The notes beneath the pieces are model-generated. The model searched no databases and was not told the DNA's origin. It saw only the letters and a program-made list of their open reading frames with translations. Positions 26,635 to 38,146 of a DNA stretch of 64,000 bases are shown one piece after another (within the stretch, counting starts at the first letter, position 1; each line of letters starts with the position of its first letter). The stretch lies in assembly GCA_965112155.1 (NCBI GenBank), contig OZ218103.1. One strand, 5' to 3'. Position numbers and translations under genes: made by a program. The DNA comes from Podarcis liolepis (lineage: Eukaryota).

Positions 26635-27059
26635 CCGTATTTTTCCATGTATTGGACGAGGTTTTTTGACACAAAAATCATATCAAAAAACTGGGGTTGT
26701 GCAAAACACAGATAGTGGCATGGGGGGGGGGAGATACCGCTGCGTGCGGGGAGTGATCTGGGGGCACTGGCTGGTGGTACACAGTTTCTCCTGATGCTGC
26801 TGCACATGGGAAGCACTCCCTGGATCGTTTCCCACGCACAGCAGCATGGGAGAAGGTGCCCTCCAGCCAACTGGCTGGCTGGCTGGAGCGCAACTTCCCT
26901 TGATGCTGTTGTGCATGGGAAACGATCTAGGGAGTGTTTCCTGCCCGCAGCTGCATGGGCAGAGAGGCTCAACAACTTTGGGCCATCTCCCCTCATTTTC
27001 TTATAATTGAGTCCCCCCAAATAGGGGGGAGTCTTATATATGGGGGCATCTAATTACGG
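26635..27059. mobile_element. Tc1/mariner (Tc2-like) non-autonomous element
   Basis: TA|CCGTATTTTTCCATGTAT ... GTCTTATATA...TACGG|TA, with a GC-rich interior containing an inverted repeat. Confidence 0.75.
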
Positions 27060-27874
27060 TATATTACAAATTCCAGTGGCAGGAACTGACCTGGTTTGGA
27101 TAAGCTGTTTTAAATATTTCAGGTTACAAATATGTACTTTTCCAATATATTCACTTACTCCCACTCTGCAGTCCCTTCAGTGTTCTCAGCATCTGCTTAG
27201 GGAGCCCCCAAAGGCAAGGAAGCCCAATGCTGACAGAGTGTGTGACAGAGTGTGTCCCCTTTCAGCTCGCCATCTCCATTCGTACCTCTTCTTTTATCCC
27301 ACCCTTTCTCCTTACTCTCTATAATCTTTATATTTCCACCTCCTTCTCCTTCATTTCTATCTTTCCTTTACCCTATCCCCCTCCACTTAATGTATGTTGC
27401 AAGGATCTACTGATTAGGTGGTGAAACAGGGTCAAATGACAGATCCCTCCTGTCACTGGAGTGTGGTGCATGGTGTTGGGAGTCCATAGCATTCCCATCT
27501 CTGTGGCCAAAGCTAGATAGCCTTTGTATCTTCTCATAATGAAACAGGTAAGCAGGATGGGAAATGAACCAACTCACAGGACTTTTGGAAATTGTTGCTT
27601 AGCGTTAGTTCGGGGGACTCTATCAGCTACAACTCAACAAGTGACAGAGGCCCACAGTCCATTTATTTCAGGAACACTCAATCAGTCACATCATAGCATG
27701 TACTGCTGCTTTCCCTCCTGATTATACTTGAAGCTACCTTAAGACCCACTGAAGAGCACAGCTATTTAACCTTATGAGCATGAACCAAATATAGCATTCT
27801 TGTCATCAGAGGGTACCCAAGATCTACATTATCTGGAGGATACTTGCTCTCTGCTTAAACAGAAGCCATCTTAC

Positions 27875-28041
27875 CTTTTATTTCCAAACGAACCTGGTTC
27901 TGTGCTTTGCCCAGAAGATTGGTGGCCACACAGGTGTAAGTTCCTTGGTCTTCTTTCCGAGCCCTGATTATTTCCAAAGTCCCATTCTCGTGCACTATAT
28001 AGTTGCCGCCATGCAGCGTGCTTCCCTGGCCATTCTTAAAC
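27875..28041 (-). CDS. NFASC: NFASC Ig5 second half ([14 protein letters not shown]...QVRLEIK)
   Basis: gttgtgag acceptor (rare GAG), gtaaga donor, 167 nt. Confidence 0.95.
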
Positions 28042-28306
28042 CTCACAACAACACAAGAGAATTCTTGTAAGAGAGGGAAGCAGAATAAAGGTGCAGATTG
28101 ACTTCCAAGTGTGGGTACAGGATTGCAGAGAAAGGGAGCAATTCTCTGCTCAGTAGGCAGGCGGTTGAGATACATCCAAGATACATTCCTTTATGGCCAT
28201 TTATCAATGAATTGAAACACATTTGATTCTAATAGAAATTCAATTGATTTCAAAAAAGATTATCTGTCCCAAACAGATGCTATGGCTTAATAATAAAAAT
28301 CCTTAC

Positions 28307-28418
28307 CATCGTAATGTGGGGATTGGGGATCCAAAGAATGGGCAGTCAAGACGGGTCCGGTTGTTTAGAATTACTTTGATCAGCTGATTACGAGGGGCAA
28401 GGATCCGAGGAATAACAT
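28307..28418 (-). CDS. NFASC: NFASC Ig5 first half ([38 protein letters not shown])
   Basis: ttttaaag acceptor, gtaagg donor, 112 nt. Confidence 0.96.
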
Positions 28419-28425
28419 CTTTAAA

Positions 28426-28471
28426 AGATATAGATAGGTAGATATAGATAGATAGATAGACAGACAGATAG
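28426..28471. repeat. (ATAG/ACAG)n imperfect tetranucleotide repeat abutting a splice acceptor
   Basis: Direct reading. Confidence 0.85.
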
Positions 28472-28843
28472 CCTATAAAGGTAGTCAGAAATTTTCATTT
28501 GTTTTACAGAATATATTTCATTTCTAGCTTTACATTTTTGTTTATTTGGCTTTTGTTTATTGTTCTCATTAATGGATTTTTGTCCTGAATCCATTCTAGA
28601 TGGGATGTGTGACACAATTAGCTTTAGAATGGAATAAATATATTCCTTTTGCCTATCAGTAACTGCCTACACATATAAGTAAACACCTTTGCCTTTTGTG
28701 AGTTAGATCAGTTGGCGCTCAAGGATGTTATGGTTTGCTAGGGAAAGAGAAATAATGATTTCATGTTCACTTCAAAATAGTGCCTTCAGTGATCCTCTAT
28801 AATCTAAAGATGTCAAGAGCCCATTTGTCCATTCAATACTTAC

Positions 28844-28987
28844 CCAGCACACTGACAAAGGCATTAGCCAGCAGGTACCCATGTTCATTAGAAGCATTGC
28901 ACTGGTATACAGCACTGCTGCCACTTTGGATGTCCCGAAACATAACAGTGTCTCCCGTTACTTCACGGCTCGGGTTGGGAGTGGAAC
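28844..28987 (-). CDS. NFASC: NFASC Ig4 second half ([19 protein letters not shown]...[21 protein letters not shown])
   Basis: tctcaaag acceptor, gtaagt donor, 144 nt. Read by hand; not in the ORF track. Confidence 0.96.
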
Positions 28988-29379
28988 CTTTGAGAAAGAC
29001 ATAAACATAAGTGATACACAGTTTTTAGCCTTGCATTAATAGGGCTCGGCTAATCTGCCAGTTTTGGTTTCTCTCGATTTCTTGTTTTCCCAAGTATTCC
29101 ATTTTCCACATCAGTTTGTGTCTTTTTTTAAAGTCCTCGTGAAAATTCATCAGAATTTAAGTGTGAATTTATTTTAATATACAGTACTGCATGTTTGTAT
29201 GCAATTTTGCCCAATATACACATTTTTGCAAAGCCGATCATCTCGACGTGGAAATGATTTCCTTTTTTGTGGTGCTTAAAGGCAGATCCCCAATATCACA
29301 ATATAGTTGACTATGGGAATAAACGAATTTGTTCAGAATTCTGTCTTCCCTTTAAAAGATTATCATGACTGATGCTATG

Positions 29380-29598
29380 CACTGGTGGAGGAAGAGGAGC
29401 ATGGGGGGAGCACACCGCCCCCAGCAGCACGATCCTGATGGGGTGCCAATGCGGCTGCTCCCCCACCCGTGCTGGGTGCCACGCCCCACAGGCAGCGTGC
29501 CATGTCCCTGGGACGTGCACCATGCCCCCGGGACGCACGCCAACCCCACCCCGTCTGCTCTCCACCCCCCGGTGCCGGAGCATGAAGCTCTGTCACTG
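29380..29598. mobile_element. GC-rich hAT (Ac-like) MITE
   Basis: Termini CACTGGTGGAG / CTCTGTCACTG and perfect 8-bp TSD ATGCTATG at 29372-29379 and 29599-29606. Confidence 0.88.
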
Positions 29599-29715
29599 AT
29601 GCTATGTATGGTCATCAGTTAAGATCACAGTTACTTGAAATTACAGCATTTCCTTCTCCACATCCATGAAATCAAGATACACTATAAGCCATTATCTCAT
29701 AACAGGTTTGCTTAC

Positions 29716-29847
29716 TTTCTATAGGTTCTCCATTCACCAGCCACTGGATGGAAGGCTTGGGGTTACCATTGGCTCGGCAAACCAGTCTCCCATCCTCACC
29801 AGGAGCCAAAATAAGATTCTCTGGTTCATCCAACCAGTAGGGAGCAG
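29716..29847 (-). CDS. NFASC: NFASC Ig4 first half ([14 protein letters not shown]...NGEPIE)
   Basis: ttctaaag acceptor, gtaagc donor, 132 nt. Confidence 0.97.
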
Positions 29848-30460
29848 CTTTAGAATAAGAGAGTGAGAGACACACACCAAAGTGTATTATAGCTATCTCA
29901 GCAAAGCTCCTTTTGTGTTCTTTCAGCATAGGCTTTACTGATTAGTATATAAAAGTGACTGATAATCATCCTTCTCTACCATTTTTTTTAATGCACCATC
30001 ACAAGAACAGCTAAACATGATCAGCATAGACATATACAGCAGACATGATAAGCCTGTGTCAATAACACTTAATAAAAACCCAGCAGCAGTAAGCAGCCAT
30101 ATTAATGTCCCACAAAGTATCAAAGCAATGTTTTTAGGCATTGTGGGAAACTTAAGTGGCCACAAAGCACTGCCACCACCAGGCACGGCGGGGGGACTCT
30201 GTCCTAGGAGGGGCTGACTAAAGGGCATTTTGCCATGATCCCCTCAAACTTGGAGCTTGCCTGGGTAGTTTGTAGCTTTATGGGAGGAAACCAGCATTTT
30301 GGTACAGGTTATAAAACAATTAAAATTGATGTCACTGCTGGAAATGTTTGGTTATTATTACTAAGTGTTTTTGTGGATATTACACCTCCAGGATAAGATA
30401 CAGCTAGGGTTCTTCTTATATAATACAGGGAGGATTCACATTACTGGTAGCAAAAGAGTA

Positions 30461-30686
30461 CAGTGGTACCTCAGGTTACAAACACTTCGGGTTACAGACT
30501 CCACTAACCCGAAAGTAGTACCTCGGATTAAGAACTTTGCTCCAGGATGAGAACAGAAATCGCACGGCAGTGGTGTGGCGGCGGCAGGAGACCTCATTAG
30601 CTAAAATGGTACCTCAGATTAAGAACAGTTTCAGGTTAAGAACGGACCTCTGGAACGAATTAAGTACGTAACCAGAGGTACCACTG
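30461..30686. mobile_element. Tigger/Tc1-mariner MITE
   Basis: 19-bp TIR CAGTGGTACCTC(A/T)GGTTAC and TA TSD. Confidence 0.92.
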
Positions 30687-31484
30687 TACTGTTCTCATTC
30701 ATGTAAATAAAAATTCTATTGTCGCTTTGCTGAAGACAGTCTTTTTTCATATTGACAGGAACAGTAATGTTTTGGAGGCACAAATTAGATCAACCTGGGT
30801 TGAGGGAACATGCATCTCTCATAATGACAGAATGTTGTATAGGGGATGTATTCTCCCTAATGATATTAATGACTAAGTGTATTAAGTCTGAATGCTCATC
30901 TATGGAATAAAAAATCCTAGGTACATATATCAAGCATGTGAGAAATAAGAATTATCTTGAGTCCTTTTCCTTGACATCTAGTTTTCAGCATGCAGGTTTT
31001 AAAAAAAATAAATGCAAGAACATTCCATCCTGAAATCTCCCACCTGCAGTCCAAAGTAGTACAGTTTCAACCCATAACCTGCCGCTCATGTTAATCAGAG
31101 AACGCTGTTATTGGGTGGCATTTAAATGTGGCAGATAGATAAATAGCTCTTATTTCAGCAACAGGCTTCATGCAGTTTAAGAAAAATACTTCCTGAACAT
31201 TTCCCATAAAACCAAACTAGCAATGACAGGCTTATGTTCTCTTCTGCAAAGTACAAGGAAGATATATGAGCCACAAGCTTAGATGGCAGAGGATTTCAAT
31301 GGCTAGAAGGGTGTGTATGAACGAAATATTTCTTATCTTTGGTTGCTACAGAGGAAGATTTCCCAGGTTAGCCTGATCCCATCCTCCTTGGGCAGAACAC
31401 TCTGTTCTCCGCAAATCCCTCCCATGTGCCTTTTGATTTGCTAATTGGCAAAGGAATAAGAATGGTATAGTAAATATGACGTAC

Positions 31485-31669
31485 CCTTCACTCTCACCGA
31501 GATTGTGTGGCGGCTAGTTCCCACTTTGTTGGAAGCTAAGCAGAAGTATTCCCCAGAATCTTCCTCAGAAACATTGGCAATATGAAGAGCCTTGTTGAAG
31601 TTCTCCAGCTTGGTCCTGCCTGCTGGGAGATCACCTCCTTTCTTGTGCCATACGATGTCTGGTGTTGGG
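31485..31669 (-). CDS. NFASC: NFASC Ig3 second half ([15 protein letters not shown]...TISVRVK)
   Basis: cctgtag acceptor, gtacgt donor, 185 nt. Confidence 0.97.
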
Positions 31670-32254
31670 CTACAGGAAAGAGAAGAACAGGGTTTGACAT
31701 GAAGCCTCTCCCAACATGAAATGTACACTATAAAGGAATTCCCTGCAGCCCAGTTTCTGAATTTAAAGCTGGGGTTCTCACTTAGCATTCTCTCAAAATC
31801 CCAGACAAGCCCTGTCAAGGAGGTTGTGAGGATGTACCTTCACTGAAGAAAAACAATGATTTAATGCTTAAGTACATGCACGTACAAGATTCTGTGTTAA
31901 ACCCCTGGTTTCTGTGGTAATAATATTTCAGGGAGCAGTTCAGGGAGCCTTGTAAGCCATTGACACTTGAGAATAGGCAATTGTGGGTGCTATCCAACTA
32001 ATGTGTTGTGTCAATGCAAGGATTTATGCTTGTACAACAAAACTTTCCCCTTCTCTCCTTCCCCACTGCATACTCCCCCCCCTCTGTTCTGGAGAGGGAA
32101 TCCCTGGGACAGATGTGGGGTGGCATGGGGGAGGAGAAGGGGGAAGTGCCATTGCCCAGTCTTGCATTGATGGCACCTGTTAGTTGTATAATCATTGAAT
32201 CTGGCTTATGGGTCAGGAGTTAATGTTATGTTACAGGAGTTAATGTTGGCAGTT

Positions 32255-32459
32255 TTATCTCTACTGGTAGATCACTGGAAGTCTGTGGTAGATCACTGGC
32301 AGATCACTGGCTCCCCCCTCCCAAAGAAGCTGAACAACTTTGGCTCCCCTAAAAAAAACTCAACAACTTTGACCTGAATCCCTCAAAACAGGGCTTTCCT
32401 TCCTGCCAGTTTATAACTCTGTGAGTAGATCACAGTCTCTTGAGAGTTGTCCACCCCTG
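32255..32459. mobile_element. Partial hAT-Charlie-like element
   Basis: Repeated GTAGATCACTGG subterminal motifs and end GTTGTCCACCCCTG. The left end was not identified. Confidence 0.55.
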
Positions 32460-32760
32460 CCATATATTATCCCTGTACTGCTCTTGAAAAGCTCTCATAA
32501 CCATAGATATTACTGTTGGTGTTAACAACAGTCAAGCCACATCCCATTAAAATGAATGGATTTTAGTTTCCCATTGGAGCCATGTTATTTCACATCCTTA
32601 AAGGAGATGCCTTCTATTTGCTAACACTCCAATAAGGAGGAATCAACAGCCAGCTGTGATTTAACCCCCATGAAAATCTGCAGGAAACATAAGATCTAGA
32701 CCAGGAGGATAGAGACGTATGTGACACACCATGGTTCCCCTGATCCCAAGTGGTACGTAC

Positions 32761-32872
32761 ACTCCCGAGGCAATGCATTCCAGCAAGAGGTCCTCCCCTC
32801 TCAGCACCATCTGATTGCTTGAAGTCCCAATGGGGTACATGAAGCTGGGGTGCCTTTCTGTGATACCTCGGG
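32761..32872 (-). CDS. NFASC: NFASC Ig3 first half ([13 protein letters not shown]...LECIASGV)
   Basis: atttcag acceptor, gtacgt donor, 112 nt. Confidence 0.96.
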
Positions 32873-34837
32873 CTGAAATCAGGACATAAGGGGGGAAAAT
32901 ACACACTTGTAAATCCTTCTTCTCTACAGAGCTACTGGAAATGAAAGACAACCAACAGCAGGAGACAGGATGTAAACATATCAAGAGGCACAGAAAATCA
33001 GAGTCTTTCCAACCCCACAGACTTGATGGGGAAGTCTTTGTAGCGGTTGAGGCAGATGCTGAAATGATAAACTGAAATGGAAATAACAGACAACGGCAGG
33101 AAGGAGCAGGGAATGGCAAGAAAGAATGGTGATGTTCCAGACGGATCACTTTATTCATAGCAAGAACACGTCAATTTAAGTAAGATTTTGCATTTAACAA
33201 TGTACATGCTTTGACTCTGAAAAGCAGCTCTAGTAAAATTATAGATTTCCATTTTTCTTCAAAATAAATTATTTCACTGCAGTCAATGGGCCTTGACAAG
33301 GATAAATGTAGCTGGACTGTTGTTTCTACTTGAGAGCAAATACAGAATGATTGTCATTTCTACATTATCAATTTCAGCTTGGTGAATTTGCTAGTCCTAA
33401 TTAGGGCTGTTCTGGGAGAAGAAAAAATAAATGTGACAAACACAGAGTTTAGATCTTATGCACTAAATTACTTCTATCCTCTATAATTACTTTCTGTGAT
33501 TTACCACTCCTGTATCTCTCAAAAATAGATTTATTTTGTAATGGACTAGTTTGGGTTACAAATGACTCCCGTACAAAATACACAAATTTTCTCTTCTGAA
33601 CGTAATAGTGTTGCCTACTAAGAAAGAGCACATAAATTTCAGTTGGATAGGAATGAAAATAACATAGTAGTGAAATATTTCAATATCTACAGGGCCCCAT
33701 AATCCAATACCCTTCTTCATGTGCCTCTTCCATCAGAGGTCTGGAGGGTGGCAATATGAGATAGAATATTAACATTAAAATTATTATTTGTTTTTTATAC
33801 TACACTTCATCTGTAGATTTCATGGCAGATTGCAGCATAAAAATACAAGATAAAAACAACAAATACATAATAAAAACAAGAAAAGAACAAACCAGCATCC
33901 TCCCCAAAATAGATATAAATACAAGAATGCTGCTCACATAGGATGTAAAAACACAGTACATAGACAGAGCTCTTTTCTGCACTAGGCAAACGATAGTGCA
34001 ACACAAGACATTTGTGCATTTAAATGAAAATTAACCCAGTAGCATGATGACATTACAATCTGTGTTAATGAATGGTGTCACAAGACATTATCACAATAAT
34101 AACAACAACAACATAGTTATTCTGTGCTACTCAGTGTGGGGACATCACTTTCAGGAACTGGAGATTTCCATAGATGATGACACACACAGCCTGCAAAGGA
34201 GGGGAGCAAACATTTAAGGCAAGATGACTGACAAGACAAGTATAAGAACCATGGAAGTGTTAAAACACATAAACCAAAAAAGTACATGGAAGACTGAAAA
34301 AACCCCACCACAACAGTTTTCCATAAATACATGAAAGAAGTCTGCAAAGGAAACAGACTAACCACATGCATAAAACATAGAAGTGGGCAAAGGAGACATG
34401 ATAGGCTGAAAGCAACAGAGGCAACAACAACAAAAAAGCAGGTTATTTTCCAGCTTGATGAAGCCACATTAACAGTGGTGTTAAATGAGGTAAATGTCTG
34501 GCATTAGCCAAGAGATATTCAAGGCTAAAAGAGGAAGCAAATTATGGACTGGAGCTACTGGACTAAGATAAATGGATGCTGCAATGTAAGACATGTACTG
34601 AATGAACTGGTTTAGACAAATATTTCTACTACACTGATGAAAACTCCATCCTGAACCAGCAGTTCAGCAAGAGGCTATGTTCTGTTTATGGGCATGGGTG
34701 CTGAAGATCTCTCATATGTATAGGCAGGAAAGGAATGTAGGGTCAAGGATAAACATCCGCAAAGTTAAGTTCACCTGCAGGCTGAGCCTAAGGACTTCAT
34801 TAGGAAAACCCGCAATTCAAGCAGCAACATATAAGAT

Positions 34838-34841
<4 letters not shown>

Positions 34842-34885
<44 letters not shown>
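34842..34885. repeat. (TA)n microsatellite
   Basis: Direct reading. Confidence 0.95.
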
Positions 34886-34888
<3 letters not shown>

Positions 34889-37689
34889 AGCATGTAGTTA
34901 ATTAATTATTTGGTTAGTAGCATATCACTACAAAGTAAATAACTGACAGCATTTACAAGACATATTTCAGATTGCTTCACTGAACACTTGCTTTGCATAG
35001 AGACGAGACTTGGTTCAATCCCTGGCATCTCCAGGGATCTCTGGGAAAGACCCCTCTCTAAAGCACTGGGTCAGCCCAGGGAGTTTTAAGGTGGATGGAC
35101 CAATGGTCCAACTCAGTATAAGGCAGTTTCCTAAATTCCTATGGAATGGTTGCTATGCTTGGAATCTCTAATGTAAATCTCCAGTAACAAAATGTCCTCT
35201 CACAAACAAAAGAGGCACAGTTCACCAGGAACATCTCTGGCATAAGCTTCTTTGAAACAAATGGGAATTTCACCAAGAACGAATGTTGCTGTTGTGCAAC
35301 CCTTACTTATTTCCAAGGAGCCTGTGGAAGAGATGCTTCCACAGTTCATTATGCTGACCATCTTCAGATAGAACAGTTGTAGTGTGATCATTGACGCAAA
35401 CACATAGAATATAATTGTCATGTACATGCAGGATGTGTCTTGGACAACTGGGATAATTTACTCTTTTAATCCTTTGAATATTAACACACCATTCAAACAC
35501 CACCACCATCAGGTTGAAGTGCTTTTCCTCAAATGCTTGTGGATGAGCTTGCACCTGTGGTATAATAGGGAGGTAGGTTCTAGAGCAGTCCTCATGCTTT
35601 TCTCCTTTTGCTAGAGGATGCACAAGTGGAACAATATTTCACTTTTCTTGAGCAGCACTACAGTAGAATAAGACTGTCCTTCTATGAGCAGCAAACACCT
35701 TCCACATGAGAAAGGGCACCATTGGAGCTAACACCTTCTTCCAGATGTAATTCAAATAATAAAATTGCACCACTGATGCTGCTGAACCACTAACTGAAGC
35801 TAGTCCTGTTTACCAACTGTGTCCCCCACCTCTTATTTTTTTTATTTTTATCCCAGTGCAGTTGAGCAACATCAAACCACAGTGTTGGTCAACAAATTAC
35901 AGGTCAACTCAGCTCCATGGCCATCTTAAGACCAAGGCACAAAGTAACATAGTATATCCAGCTCTAGGAAGAACTGCTCTGCTAGAAAATCCTGCCTCTG
36001 GCTTTTTCAAGGCCAGTGGTTACCATAATGATACAACACCAAGTTTGCTGTAGGGTACTCATACTGCCACATAATCATAATATCTCTGCTCCAATCTCTT
36101 CTGCCCTGTGTACACAACACTTTTGTTTCTGTAAGCTCCCTGTGAATCTGTCCTGGTTGCTGAAACAGACCCTGTAACACTGAAATAATGGAGTTCAGCT
36201 GGGCACCAGCTTTGCATCTATCACACCATGCAGGAGGCGCAGAGTTGTGCATTTGACATAATCCCCTTAATCGGATTTACAAATGTGTAATAGGAAAAGA
36301 TTATACATTACTAAATTTCAAGCTTCCGTATTATTAATATGCTCCTAGGAGTAAAATTCTTCTAAGAAAGCTAGAAAAGTAAGGAATAGAGTATGAACAA
36401 TATCAAGGAACAGAGCTCCTAATTTAATTTTATATATTACAATTTATTTTAATTAAAAAAATACTTTTGATGAAGTGTAGCTCAAACATTTGATACTAGG
36501 TCAGTGTTTTTCTGGATTAAAATGGAAACACTTCACTCTTACACCCAAAGACACACACACACAGGGAGAGACAGACCGAGAGAGAGACAGCGCACGTGCA
36601 CATTTCTCAATTAGTCCCCAGGTCAGTCAGCAGGGATCCTTCTTGGAACTGTAGGATAGCGCACCCTTCCCTAAGTCCAGTCACTCAGAGCTCAGGTATG
36701 GAACCACACTTTCTGGGAAACAGCAGTCGTTAAGATCTCCTGTGTGCCACTTCAGAGGGTACATGAGGGAATCCTGGTGCATCCTTGGTCCCCCTTCAAA
36801 TGATGGTACTGTCTAAATACTGGCACAGGGAAGGGAAAATGAGTACTACTGTATTGGGCCGGTACATTCCAATGAGCACTGAACAATAGAAGCATCTAAC
36901 CAAGTGTCCTAACTTCAAGCTGCACCTTGGTTCAGTAGCGGCTGGTGGTGTGAGCATGGCTGCATGATCTGGCATCCCAATGCTGCTTGTCACTGCTGGT
37001 TACAGAGAGGGAGGGGACAAGGCAGTGGGGAGCTTGGCACAGGAATGTCAGATTGGTGCGGTGCAATCACAGCATCGGAGCCAATCTCCCCTATCAATTG
37101 ACAGAAACACGTGGCATTGGGAAGCCAGGCCAGTAATGCAGCCCCACTCACACTGCCCCACTATAGCTTTGGTCTCTCTCACTAGCATGTTATGCTACCT
37201 CCTCTGGGAATCACTGTTCCAGACATCTAGGTGTCTGCAAAAACATCCTCTATCATGTCTCTCACCCACTTAGACTACAGTTCGATTCATACACACTGAG
37301 CTAATGTGAATTTCTTTTCCTCATATGAACCAGGCCTTGAGGAGTTCAGTGAATCACTGATGCAGCTGGGTGTAAAATTCTCTCTGTAGGAAAAAGCATC
37401 TCATGCCTAATTTTCAAACTTGAAGCTTGACCTGGACATTATCAGTGCCCCACAGTAGAGCTCAAAAAATGCACACACACTTATGAGCTTAGGTGAGCCT
37501 TATTTAATATGAAAAAGAATGTTGACACAGCCATGAACAATGTTCAGATGCTATAGATGAGCTTTCAGCGTGACACAGAGCCTGATAAGTACCAGTCCAA
37601 TTTCTAGCGCTACTTCCTGATCTATTTGCTAGACTGGTGCTGGTTTGACTTTCTCCAACATTCATGCAAAAAATCTGGCCCTTTATGGA

Positions 37690-38146
37690 ATCCACGCTGC
37701 AAGATGAAGCAATGGTCACCAGCTTTGATAGCTTTGGAAGGCAATCTCGACAAATTCATTGAGGTTCTGCCTACCGGTCATGATGCTCAGATGCAACCTC
37801 CAGATTCAGAGGCAGCACGTAACTGAATACCAGTTGTTGGGGACTAAGAACATACAAACATGAACCTTGAAGGATCAGGCCAGAGGGAAGAATCCTGTTC
37901 TCAAAGTGGCCAACCAAATGCCTGTGGAAAGCACACAAGCAGGACCTGTATGCAACAGCCCTCAGTCCACCTGTGATTCTCAGCAACTGGTAATCAGAGG
38001 CATACTGTCTCTGACAGTACAGGTGGAACATTAGGAGGGAGCTATAGCCTTCATGCCCTACTTGTAGGTTTCTGGAGGCATTTGGTTGGCCGCTTAGGAA
38101 ACTGGGTGCTGGACTTTGGTCTGATCTAGCACAGATCTTATGTTCA
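37690..38146. mobile_element. CR1-type 3' fragments in both orientations (also at about 340-462 and 40320-40402)
   Basis: Recurrent tail GATGCTGGACTAGATGGG..CTTGGCCTGATCC...TTCTTATGTTCTTA and its reverse complement. Confidence 0.6.
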
